Of a DNA stretch of 40,103 nt, positions 19,751-28,691 are shown piece after piece. The notes under the pieces are model-generated. The model was not told the DNA's origin. It was given only the letters and a program-made list of their open reading frames with translations, and did no database searches. Position numbers and translations under genes: made by a program. Source of the stretch: a virus (Duplodnaviria; Caudoviricetes); the IMG/VR virus record IMGVR_UViG_3300049136_000118, positions 1-40,103 of that record. One strand, given 5' to 3'. Every line of letters starts with the position of its first letter. Positions within the stretch are counted from its first letter, which is position 1.

Positions 19751-21397
19751 TTACACCGCCTCCGAGATCTGCTGCGCCTTGGCGATGTCGAGGGAGGCCC
19801 CGGCGCTCTTCTCAAGCAGCTCGGCATTGATCGCCGCGCCCCTGCTTTCCTCGTCTTTCGCGATCAGCGCGGCCACTTCCTCGTCGCTGCGGATGTAGCG
19901 CTGTTTGACGCCCATTTCCTCGGCCAGGCCGATCGTCATTGCGTCGGCATTGATCCGGTGCCGCACGTTCGGCTCGAGTTCGGCCAGGATAGGCATGGCC
20001 TGGACGAACCGCAGCGACTTGGCCGAGCTCTCCGCCCGTGCCATGGCCGCCAGCGGGTTTTCGTAATCGATCATCGGCCAGGCGCCGGCTTCCTTCACTT
20101 CCGGCGGGAAGTCGGCGATCTGCCGCCCGCGCAGCGCCAAGTCGAGATCCCGCTGCGTCATCGGGTGCTGCTTCTCGCTGGCATAGCGGCTCGCGAACGG
20201 CCGCACGAGAACCCCTTGCTTGCTGATCCGCTCGAGCACTTCCGTTGTCGTCATGCGCGAGTTGGGATCCGTCAGCGTCGCATAGAATTCCTCCAGGAAC
20301 GCAGTCCGGATCGTGGCCCGTTCGTCCTGGATCATCTCGATCGCATAAGGGATCCCGCTCTCGCCCCCGGGCATGCGCATGATTTTCGGCCTGCCCATGT
20401 CATCGACGAGGCCAGGATTGAGCCCGCCCGCTTTGGTGGCGATCCGCGTCACGCCGTCGTCGTTGTTGAAGATTAGCGCCGGGTCGACCGCCTTCTTGCC
20501 GGCGCGCAGCGTGTCGAGCCGCATGGCGTTCACGCCCTGGATATTCGGCATCACCTTGATCGCGGGGCTGCGACCGTAAATCTCGCCGGCACTGGTCATG
20601 TGCCGGCTGACCGAAATCGGCATCGTGTGATACCCCTTGCGGCGCAGGTAGATCTTCTCGTCGGCGGCCAAGTAGCGCGAGACGATCGGGAACCGCTGAT
20701 GATCGAGCTTGTCGGCATCCCATGAGGTGTTCGGCGCCACGATGTGCAGGATCTCGAATTCAGTGTTTTCCTTGCCGGCGGCGCCGAGCGCCTCGGTCAT
20801 CTTCGGCGTCAGGCTCTCACGCCCGAATTGCTGTTCAAGCTGCCGCGCGCTCTTGGTGAACTTGCGGTGGACCGTGTCGACCTGGCCGGCGAAATCCACG
20901 TCGATATAGACTTCCGACAGGTGCAGCGTGCGGTAGATCAGCCCTCGGCCCTGGATGGCTTCCTGCCACACGGGCGAGGTGCCATAGCGGCCGAGCTGGT
21001 CCCAATCTTCGTTTGCCGAGACGCCGAACGCGGTGTGGATCGCATGCCTCAGGGCATAAAGCCGCTGCCCGGCATAGTCGCACCACAACTTCACGCTGCG
21101 CAGCTTCATCAGGTTCTCATCGAGGAAGCGCGGCTTAATGTAGTCGCGTTCCTCCGGCGTCGTGATCGCCACGCCGGCGGCGGCGAAGCGCTCGATCGCG
21201 GTCAGGTGCGTGCTGTCGTAGTTGCGCGCGCCGCGCATCTGTCCCGGCGTCGTCTTGTTGAAGCCGCCGGCCCCGTCGGGGAAGCGCTCGTCGATCTCGC
21301 GCCAGGTGTTCTCCCACGGCGTGCGCATTTCGACCAGGCGCTGGTGCTCGCGCAAGTCAGCCTTCGCCAGCTCTTCGTCCTGGATTGCATCGTTCAT
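19751..21397 (-). CDS. Portal (head-to-tail connector)
   Basis: 548 aa; GEIYGRSPA and MTTTEV.ER motifs of T7-like head-tail connectors. Confidence 0.9.
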   Translation of the reverse strand: MNDAIQDEELAKADLREHQRLVEMRTPWENTWREIDERFPDGAGGFNKTTPGQMRGARNYDSTHLTAIERFAAAGVAITTPEERDYIKPRFLDENLMKLRSVKLWCDYAGQRLYALRHAIHTAFGVSANEDWDQLGRYGTSPVWQEAIQGRGLIYRTLHLSEVYIDVDFAGQVDTVHRKFTKSARQLEQQFGRESLTPKMTEALGAAGKENTEFEILHIVAPNTSWDADKLDHQRFPIVSRYLAADEKIYLRRKGYHTMPISVSRHMTSAGEIYGRSPAIKVMPNIQGVNAMRLDTLRAGKKAVDPALIFNNDDGVTRIATKAGGLNPGLVDDMGRPKIMRMPGGESGIPYAIEMIQDERATIRTAFLEEFYATLTDPNSRMTTTEVLERISKQGVLVRPFASRYASEKQHPMTQRDLDLALRGRQIADFPPEVKEAGAWPMIDYENPLAAMARAESSAKSLRFVQAMPILAELEPNVRHRINADAMTIGLAEEMGVKQRYIRSDEEVAALIAKDEESRGAAINAELLEKSAGASLDIAKAQQISEAV

Positions 21398-21463
21398 CGC
21401 GTCACGCTCCGCCTTAGAGTGGGATTGCCCGGCCGGGCTTGCTGCACCCGGCCGGGGAATGGA

Positions 21464-22312
21464 TCAGGCCGCCCGGAAGGCGGCGTCGTCTTTCAGTTCG
21501 AAGGCTTGGCCGCCGCCGATCGACAGCACATCACCGCGGGCGGCGAACGCCACCTGCTCGCCGTCCACGAGCAGCGCGTACCCGCCGACGGCGAAGGGCG
21601 TCTGGCCCACTGCCGGGCCATGCACCTTGAGCGAAGGGACCTGCAGCCGCAGCGCACCGCGCAAGACATCGAAACCGTCCGCGCTGATGCTGCGGGGGGC
21701 GAGCCCGTTGATCTCCCTGCCGTCGCGGCCGACGAAGGCGAGCTCGGCTTTGCCGGCGTCACCGATCAGCTCGGCGAGCTCCGCCGGCGCTAGCTGATCG
21801 GTCACCGGCCCAAACTTTCGCGGCCGCTTCGCTTCCTCAAGCTCGGCGACTTGCGCGCGCGCCTTTGTCGCAGCGCCTTTCTGCGCCGAAAGGGAGCGCT
21901 TGAGCTGGTTGCGATCGTTCTCGAGCTCGGCCAGTGCCGGCGCCATCGCATGAACCACGGTGCGGAATAGCGCATCCTTGAACTGTTGCTCTGGCGGCAG
22001 CTTGTCGAACGGCACCATGCACGGGTGTAACTTCTTCTCGGGATCTTTATTTTCGCCGTACTGCCACCCGTCAGCCTCTTTCGACTTGAGCCAGTTTTCA
22101 TGGCTGGCGGCGTCGCCGGCGGCCGGGTTCGCAAGGTGGAACTCGACGCCATCGATCGCCGACGCCTGCTGCCAGTCCGGCGCTCCCTCCCAATCTGGTT
22201 GGCTATCGTCGCCTATTGAGCGGCAGAAGGCTGCATTCGCCGCATGACACGCCGCGGCGATCGCCATGATCGACGGTGCCGAGAGTGTAATCTGTTCCTG
22301 TTTTCCGGCCAT
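21464..22312 (-). CDS. RyR-domain-containing protein
   Basis: HENWLKSKEADGWQYGENKDPEKKLHPCMVPFDKLPPEQQFKD matches the RyR domain; followed by coiled coil and beta-rich C-terminus. Confidence 0.8.
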   Translation of the reverse strand: MAGKQEQITLSAPSIMAIAAACHAANAAFCRSIGDDSQPDWEGAPDWQQASAIDGVEFHLANPAAGDAASHENWLKSKEADGWQYGENKDPEKKLHPCMVPFDKLPPEQQFKDALFRTVVHAMAPALAELENDRNQLKRSLSAQKGAATKARAQVAELEEAKRPRKFGPVTDQLAPAELAELIGDAGKAELAFVGRDGREINGLAPRSISADGFDVLRGALRLQVPSLKVHGPAVGQTPFAVGGYALLVDGEQVAFAARGDVLSIGGGQAFELKDDAAFRAA

Positions 22313-22353
22313 TTCTTCGGTTCCTTTCTGGAATAATCCCCGCAGGTGCGGGG

Positions 22354-22593
22354 TTAGCTGCCGACCACCAACCGACCAACGTTCGCCGCCTCGGCTCCCT
22401 GCGTTCCTGTAATCATGTCCGCCGCTCCGCCGCGCCGACGCAGCAGCTCGTCATCGACCGCGACCTGGTCGCGGGCGTCGTCGCGCGTGACGGGCCGCGG
22501 CAGCAGCTGCGGCTTTTTCTTCTTCAGCCCGAGCAGCCCCCCGACGAGCCCGCCGAACATGAAATTGCCCACTTTCTTGAGAAGTCCGGTCAT
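22354..22593 (-). CDS. Small hypothetical (probable virion) protein
   Basis: LLRRRGGAADMITG motif seen in small genes between terL and portal in such podoviruses. Confidence 0.65.
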   Translation of the reverse strand: MTGLLKKVGNFMFGGLVGGLLGLKKKKPQLLPRPVTRDDARDQVAVDDELLRRRGGAADMITGTQGAEAANVGRLVVGS

Positions 22594-22596
22594 GAT

Positions 22597-24132
22597 CTAT
22601 GCTCCTGTGAAAACATCGAAATCGCTGTCGTTTGTGACTGGCCCCGTCACTCGTGGGGTCCCGCGAATGTCCGCGATCACATGCTCACCCTCGAGCGCAC
22701 CGTACTGCTCGGCGTCGCAGACGTGCGTGTGGATAGTGTCGGCGATCTCGAGGTGGCCGCGCGTCTCGCCTTCCGATGCCTCGGCCTTGCGGTAGTGATA
22801 GCCGCCCAGGTGGCCGCGAATGAGGTGCTTGCACGCCGGATCGACTGCATAGCCGTCGCGCTCCGTCATGACGGACCAGATCGCCTCGTTGCGCAGCGCT
22901 TGCTTGTTGGTTTTCGCCTTGTGCACCGGCAGGCCCAGTGCCTTGCGAAATGCCCGGATCCAGTCGAGCTCGGCGTCGTCGCGATCGGCCGCGGCCCATG
23001 CTGCTGGATCGCCAACCACGCGGATCATGTCCGGCCGAAGATCGGAGAAGTGCTCGTTGAGCATCGCCCGGCACATCTGCCCGAAGGCAGTCGGGCCGAT
23101 CTTCGCCAAGGTCTTGCCGTCTTCGCGGAACATGACCGCCTCGCGCAGCGTGCGCAGCTGTCCCATCGGGTTCCGCTGCAGGGCCGTCGCCGCAGCGAAT
23201 AGACCCTGGTCGAAGCTAAGGATCAGCTTGCGCGAGCGGTCCCACTCGAGCGGGCGAACATGGGCTCGATAATCGAACTGCGGATTGACCGGCTGCCCGT
23301 GCTGCATCGGCACGAATTTGTTGTCGATCATGCGCGCAACGTAGTCCGGCCGATGCTTGTTCGCCGCCGCCTGCAGCTTGTAGTATCCGTTCGGCAGGTT
23401 GTGCAGATTTTCCGCGTCCGGTTCGCGGCCGCCGGGCTGGATGAACGTCGTCAGCAGCGGCCGATCGCCGAGCGCCTCGATCAGCTCCGGATCCGAGAGC
23501 TCGCCCAGGTTGTTCTCAATCGCCAGCCCGTAGATCCAGTTGTCCATGTAGGGCGCGTTGAGCGACATGATGATTTGCTGGTCGACCACCATCGAGGGAT
23601 CCAGATCCGACGAGCGGCCGACACGGCCGGAGAGGAACGCCAGGAGATCCGGCGGCTGCAGATCCGCTTCGTCGATCATCACTGCGACGACTTCCCAACC
23701 GCGGCAGGCCTCTTCCACCGAGCGGTCGCCGATCGCGCGGAACTCGATCTCAAAATCGCACACGTCGATCGGCTTGCCGGTGACTGGATCGACCTGCAGG
23801 ATCAGCATCAGGCGATGCGTGAACGGCGCCTTCCAGGTGAACTTGCCGTCGCTTTCCGGATGGATCCGGAACCAGCTCGGCAGGGTGTTCTTCTCGATGT
23901 TCGGATAGGTCTCGCGGATCACGCCGACGCGCGCCTTGCGGATATAAACCCCGTTGCCGTCGCGCTTGCCCTTCTGGCGCATGCCGACCCGCCGAAGCTT
24001 CCGCAGCGCGGTCATCGTCTTAGCCGAGCCCACCGGCCCGATGACGATTGAAATGAAGCTCCGGTCGAGCAGGAATGCGTCGGAGATCGGCCCCGGCGAA
24101 TTCAGCGTGCGGATCTCGAGATCTTCGCTCAT
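22597..24132 (-). CDS. terL: Terminase large subunit
   Basis: ATG 24132; Walker A-like GPVGSAKT, VIRETY, Walker B VMIDEAD, C-terminal nuclease HVCDAEQY. Confidence 0.9.
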   Translation of the reverse strand: MSEDLEIRTLNSPGPISDAFLLDRSFISIVIGPVGSAKTMTALRKLRRVGMRQKGKRDGNGVYIRKARVGVIRETYPNIEKNTLPSWFRIHPESDGKFTWKAPFTHRLMLILQVDPVTGKPIDVCDFEIEFRAIGDRSVEEACRGWEVVAVMIDEADLQPPDLLAFLSGRVGRSSDLDPSMVVDQQIIMSLNAPYMDNWIYGLAIENNLGELSDPELIEALGDRPLLTTFIQPGGREPDAENLHNLPNGYYKLQAAANKHRPDYVARMIDNKFVPMQHGQPVNPQFDYRAHVRPLEWDRSRKLILSFDQGLFAAATALQRNPMGQLRTLREAVMFREDGKTLAKIGPTAFGQMCRAMLNEHFSDLRPDMIRVVGDPAAWAAADRDDAELDWIRAFRKALGLPVHKAKTNKQALRNEAIWSVMTERDGYAVDPACKHLIRGHLGGYHYRKAEASEGETRGHLEIADTIHTHVCDAEQYGALEGEHVIADIRGTPRVTGPVTNDSDFDVFTGA

Positions 24133-24455
24133 TCCGCATCCCCGTTGGCGAGCTCGAGCAGAACGTCGGCGTGGCATGGCTGATCGAGCGGACACCAGCA
24201 GGCGAGGTCCTTGCCCCTTAGGTTCTCACGGATCGCAGCGACGAACTCGCGTCCGGCGCGATGTTCGCAGAAGCCGCGGAAAGCATCGACTGCCTGCTGG
24301 CGGGAAAAACAGACCGCCACCGGCAGGCTCGGGTCGGCATGGACGCGATCGCCCACGCTGAACGGGTTACCCCACCTGGTCGAGCGGTCGACCTTCAAGG
24401 CGTTCTCGGGCATCCGCCAGCCCTTCTGGCGTGAGAGCTGGACGCGATCAGGCAT
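24129..24455 (-). CDS. DUF4326 family protein
   Basis: ATG 24455; RQKGWRMP...VDRSTRWGNPF...LRGKDLACWCPLDQPCHADVLLELAN. Confidence 0.85.
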   Translation of the reverse strand: MPDRVQLSRQKGWRMPENALKVDRSTRWGNPFSVGDRVHADPSLPVAVCFSRQQAVDAFRGFCEHRAGREFVAAIRENLRGKDLACWCPLDQPCHADVLLELANGDAE

Positions 24456-25032
24456 CGTCCTCGCCTCCCCATGTTTCGGGCGGCAGCACGCCAATGCCGC
24501 CGTCGATCGTCCGGCCGCGGGCCTGTTTGAGATCGCCGATTTCCTCGCGCACCAGCACGCCGCGGATCGTCGCGTCGACGCGCACCGGCTGCTTGCCGTG
24601 CAGGTAGGGCAGCAGCGCTTCGGCGCAGCGCACGCGCAGCGCTTGGGCATCGCCGTAGGACATGCGGCGCTTTTCGGGATCGAGCATCTGCGAGCGCGCG
24701 ACCAGCTCTTCGGGATCGGTCGACTGGATCTGCATCAGCGTAATCGCCGGGTCCTGACCGAATTGCTTGATGTAGCGCTCGAAGTCGTGCGTTCGCCGGT
24801 TGCGCGAGCCCTTCGGCCGCCCGCGCGTCTTGCGCGCGTCCTTCATCACCGCGACCATGCCGGCAGTCGGACCGAGCCGCTCGCGCGCGTCGTTGATTTC
24901 TTCCGCGGTCAGCGGCTCGAGCAGCTCGAACTGTTCTTCCTCGGCAGCGGCCTCTTCGACGAGCGCCTTGCCTTCCTCGAGCATCGCGTCAGCCGCGCTC
25001 TTTCCACCGGGTTTTTCGTGGTCAGTTGACAC
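24448..25032 (-). CDS. Putative terminase small subunit
   Basis: GTG 25032 with GGGAGG RBS; GRPKGSRNR and A.ALLPYLH.K motifs; upstream of terL. Confidence 0.7.
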   Translation of the reverse strand: MSTDHEKPGGKSAADAMLEEGKALVEEAAAEEEQFELLEPLTAEEINDARERLGPTAGMVAVMKDARKTRGRPKGSRNRRTHDFERYIKQFGQDPAITLMQIQSTDPEELVARSQMLDPEKRRMSYGDAQALRVRCAEALLPYLHGKQPVRVDATIRGVLVREEIGDLKQARGRTIDGGIGVLPPETWGGEDDA

Positions 25033-25706
25033 GGGCTGCCCTCCCGCTAGCTTCACCGGTTCGACGCAGCGCTTCCCCCCAGGCAGCAGCAGCATTTCCC
25101 CGACCCGCTCCGCGCTTCGCGCATTGGTCCGCCTCGGACCTTCCACCCCGGCCCGTAGGTCGGGTCCAAGGTTTGGCGATTTTCGGCAGGCGCAGCCCAT
25201 ATGCCGGGATCAGGATCGTCGATCGAAATCCCGACACGCTCGCGTGCCGAGGTGCTAGGGCGCGGCGCGTCCGCAAATGGGGGTACCGGGGGGTGGCCTG
25301 GGCGCGTCGACCAGGTCGACCCCGGGGGGCCTCGATCAGTGCCGCCTGGCCGCCGCTGGTCAGCCTGCCAAGCTGACGACGAGCAGCGGAAAGGCGCGTG
25401 AAACCAACGATTTGCGCGCAGTCTTCCAACATGACCCTTCCAACATGGCCGAGTGGCACCCGCGAAAACGGCAGAATTCCGCCATTCTCGCCCGCGCGCT
25501 GCAGATCGGGCGCGGCCAGCTGCTCGAGCCCATCGGCCGCGCCGTCGATCAGGCCGAAAACGCCAAAAGTTTCGCCGCCTCTGGCGAGGAAGAGACCCTT
25601 GCGGCGCGCCTGGACGATGCCGGCCGCTCGACCAGCGCGATATCCATCCGCCAGAATATTCGGATCCCGGCGAGCGCCCGAGGCTGCGGAGGCGCTCAAA
25701 TCCATC

Positions 25707-25953
25707 GGTTCCAATTGGAACCACGTTGGAACTGCTCTGGAACCTCTAACCTCTTGATACATAATAGAGAAAGAGAGTGGTTCCAAAGTTCCAGCGTTTT
25801 CCTCACGCATATACGCGCGCGTCTGCGCACACTCGCACACGCGCACATGACGCGAGGCCAAGGCGCGGAACCGCTGGAACCGGAGGAAAGATGCAACGAT
25901 ATCAATGATTTGACGGTTCCATGTACGGTTCCAAGCTGGTTCCGTTTGGAACC
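25707..25953. repeat. Symmetric iteron array, putative replication origin
   Basis: 12 GGAACC/GGTTCC-type boxes in two-fold symmetry; two WATCAANNNNTTR sites (25747-25759 minus, 25900-25912 plus); downstream of helicase. Confidence 0.75.
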
Positions 25954-26074
25954 GCTCCCCTAACCCGATGGCTGGCCAAAACTGGCGGACCAACTTCTTG
26001 GCCTCGCCACGGGCCGGGGTCAGCATCAAAATGAAAGGCGAGCAGCCAGGGCATCGCGGCGGGCCGGGGAGAGG

Positions 26075-26124
26075 CAAGAAAGAATGCCCGCGCACCGCGT
26101 CCGCTTCGCGGCCGCTGCGGGCAT
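26075..26124 (-). terminator. Putative intrinsic terminator after the replication operon
   Basis: ATGCCCGC/GCGGGCAT stem (26084-26091, 26117-26124) followed by TCTTTCTT on the minus strand. Confidence 0.45.
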
Positions 26125-26184
26125 GCATTTTGTATCTTGACAGCGAGGATTTCCGGGAGGTTCGGGCACTCAGCGGGCCGGGGC

Positions 26185-26217
26185 TTGACATGCTATAAGG
26201 TTCCGCTTTAAAGGAAC
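26185..26217 (+). promoter_or_regulatory. Putative sigma70 promoter for small counter-oriented gene
   Basis: TTGACA-N17-TTAAAG; a GTTCC/GGAAC inverted pair overlaps the -10. Confidence 0.45.
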
Positions 26218-26266
26218 GGAATAGGCGCAGGCGATCAGGCCGCGCAAAGGTCAGAGGACCGGCAAA

Positions 26267-26404
26267 ATGATTGACCGCACCGAAGTTTCTCGCTCGCTCG
26301 CCAAGGCCATCGCTTACAAGCAGTGCGGCAAACAGGCTGAGGCCGAAGCCTGGGCTCGCCAGCTGGTGGAGCAGCTCGAATGCGCGGATATCCTGCGCAT
26401 CTAA
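26267..26404 (+). CDS. 45-aa hypothetical protein (not in ORF track)
   Basis: AGAGGA RBS, ATG..TAA; MIDRTEVSRSLAKAIAYKQCGKQAEAEAWARQLVEQLECADILRI. Confidence 0.7.
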   Translation: MIDRTEVSRSLAKAIAYKQCGKQAEAEAWARQLVEQLECADILRI

Positions 26405-26445
26405 GCTAGCCGCCGTCACGGCCGAGCCCACAGGGGCCGGGGCGA

Positions 26446-28431
26446 TCATGCCTCGGCCCCTTTTTGTTGCTCGCGCAGCCAGTCTTCCATGGCAGCGCGG
26501 CGGCTCGCGTTCGGCAGCTCTTCTTCGTCCAGGACCTGCCACAGCGGCACCAGCACGGCGCGGCTCTTCACATGCCCGAACTTGATATCGACGTCCTCGA
26601 TCGCGCCTTCGCAGCGCGCCAGCGCCTGCCGCCAGACTTTGCCTTGCCATGATGTGCCGGCGAACAGGCGGGCGAGCGATTGGTGGCTGTTCGCCACGGC
26701 CAGGAAGCCCGGCTCCTGATGCTCGTAGGACGTTGCGCCCCAGGCGCCCGACTTGTCACCCTTGCTGGGCTTCCAGCGCGGATTGACCAGCTTAAGGCCC
26801 ATCTGCTGCAGCCGCTTGTCGGCCTTCTCATCGCCCGGCTGCACACCGTTCTCGAGCAGCGGGGCGGAGACATAGGCCACCGCCTCGCCGAGCCAGCTGC
26901 CGAGCGCCACGCGCTCGTCGCCGCCACGGGCCTGGACTTCGCTTGTCAGGATGTGGTGCAGACACTCGAGATGGTCCGGCACTTCGCCGGCGACTTCGGC
27001 CATCCGGTCCGGCCGGCACAAGCCCGCCCAGTGGGCCACTTCCTCATCATCCGGCAGGCCGTCGGCCGTGTCCCAGTCGTGCAGCAGCAGATCCGCGCAG
27101 GCGAGCAGGGTGCCGAACTGGTCGCACGCGCGGTTGTCATGCCCGCCAGCCGAGAGCGCAGCGTGATACTTGTTCTTGGTCCCCTCGAGGCGCTGCCACC
27201 CGTCGACCATGCGGCGCATCAGCTGCGCGCCGATCTGCGGCAGCTTGAGCTTGGCGAGTTCCGGCGGCGGGGATCCGGCCTTGAGCGGCTTGAGCTCGAG
27301 GATTGCGAGGCGGCTGCGGTCCTGCGGCTTCAAAGGCGGAATGTTGATGCTCGAGAACCAGAACGCCGATCGCAGGGTGAATTCGTGCGCCTGGTGATCC
27401 TGTCCGCCGCGGTGCATCTTCTCGCCGCTCGAGGCGATCCGCGCGAGCTCGATCACTTCGCTCACCCGGCGGTTATCGTTGCTCGCCTCGATCTCGTCGA
27501 ACATCACGGGAACAGTGGAATTCTGCAGGCTCTGCCGGATCGCGGCCGCGCTGGCGTTGCCGGTGCGGAATTGGCCGCGCCCGAAGATCTCGTCGAGCAG
27601 CCCGCCTTCGCCGTTCAGCGTGCTCTTGCCGGTGCCGCGTGCGCCGGTGATCCAGATATTCGGCCGCCAGGGCAGCGCGCCGCCGATCATGCTCGCGCCG
27701 ATGCCGCCCAGGGCGAACCGCGCGTCCATCAGCGGCCGCTTCCAGTTCCAGGTCATCAGCGTTCTGAGGACCTTTTCCGCGCAGCGCGGATGGGCGTCTT
27801 CGTGGTGCGGGCGCGGGATCGCCGACGCCGCGGTGTAGACGTGGCCTTCGTAGAAGCCGGGATCGCACCAGCTCCACCCCTTGATGGATCCATCGAGCGT
27901 GTGCTGACTGGCCAGCAGCTTGTCCCCGCAGTGGAGCACCAGGCCGCCGCCGCGCTGGCGGTGGGCGCCGGATCCGCGCATCTTGCCGGCCGGGTCAAAC
28001 ACGCCGCGGCGCACGCACTCCTCGATCAGCGCGCGCGCTGCCGCCGCCTGATCGAAGCCGACGATCTCGCTTTCCTTGACGACTTCCCACTTGCCGCCGA
28101 CCTGCTCGCGGACGGGTTTCGACCATTGCGGGAAGTTGAGCTCGAGCCAGTCGCTGGCCGGGCCGAACAGGGCAATCAGGCCCAGCTTGCCGTGCCGGTT
28201 GTTCGCCTCGAGGCCGACCAGCTGGCGGTTCCAGTTGAGGTAGTAGCACCGCTGCGCGCCGCCGATATCGCTGGCGATGCCGAGCGGCGTCACCGGGGAT
28301 CCGGGCGGGAAGGGCGGCCGATCGTACTGTGAGCCGTCGCCGATCTCGAGGCCGCTGTCGCCCGGCCGCGCCAGCTCCGGCGCGTCCTGCGGGTTCTCGA
28401 GCGCCGCGCGGATATCCTCTGCGCCGCTCAT
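26446..28431 (-). CDS. P-loop replicative helicase (P4-primase/SF3-like)
   Basis: Walker A GARGTGKS, Walker B VMFDEIE, motif C FWFSSIN. Confidence 0.85.
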   Translation of the reverse strand: MSGAEDIRAALENPQDAPELARPGDSGLEIGDGSQYDRPPFPPGSPVTPLGIASDIGGAQRCYYLNWNRQLVGLEANNRHGKLGLIALFGPASDWLELNFPQWSKPVREQVGGKWEVVKESEIVGFDQAAAARALIEECVRRGVFDPAGKMRGSGAHRQRGGGLVLHCGDKLLASQHTLDGSIKGWSWCDPGFYEGHVYTAASAIPRPHHEDAHPRCAEKVLRTLMTWNWKRPLMDARFALGGIGASMIGGALPWRPNIWITGARGTGKSTLNGEGGLLDEIFGRGQFRTGNASAAAIRQSLQNSTVPVMFDEIEASNDNRRVSEVIELARIASSGEKMHRGGQDHQAHEFTLRSAFWFSSINIPPLKPQDRSRLAILELKPLKAGSPPPELAKLKLPQIGAQLMRRMVDGWQRLEGTKNKYHAALSAGGHDNRACDQFGTLLACADLLLHDWDTADGLPDDEEVAHWAGLCRPDRMAEVAGEVPDHLECLHHILTSEVQARGGDERVALGSWLGEAVAYVSAPLLENGVQPGDEKADKRLQQMGLKLVNPRWKPSKGDKSGAWGATSYEHQEPGFLAVANSHQSLARLFAGTSWQGKVWRQALARCEGAIEDVDIKFGHVKSRAVLVPLWQVLDEEELPNASRRAAMEDWLREQQKGAEA

Positions 28432-28691
28432 GCCTCGTACCTCGCGATGAATGCGCGAACGCGATCGAACGTCACCCGCTGCGGCTCTTGCCCCTGCAGC
28501 AGGCGGTCGACCAATTGCGGGTTGCCCGCTGCAAGCCGGCCGAAACCTGCGCGCGTCATGCGAGGCTGGCGCCGGAGGAAGGCTTCAATCTCGGCCAGCA
28601 GCTGCTCGCCCGGCGCGCGCTCGCGAGCCGGCTTTCTGCTCGCCATGGGCCGCGGCTGCGTGCCAGGGAAGGCGGCCGTGCGGATCAGCAT
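28428..28691 (-). CDS. Small HTH-like DNA-binding protein
   Basis: LLAEIEAFL....MT...FGRLAAGNPQLVDRL..G......RVRAFI; ATGA overlap with helicase. Confidence 0.7.
   Translation of the reverse strand: MLIRTAAFPGTQPRPMASRKPARERAPGEQLLAEIEAFLRRQPRMTRAGFGRLAAGNPQLVDRLLQGQEPQRVTFDRVRAFIARYEA

Noticed and set aside
25707-25953. CRISPR array
   Set aside because: Repeats are 6 bp in both orientations with irregular spacing; no cas genes
25022-26650. 542-aa minus-strand ORF and nested ORFs across the ori region
   Set aside because: Runs through iterons and overlaps other genes; no RBS or protein-like features
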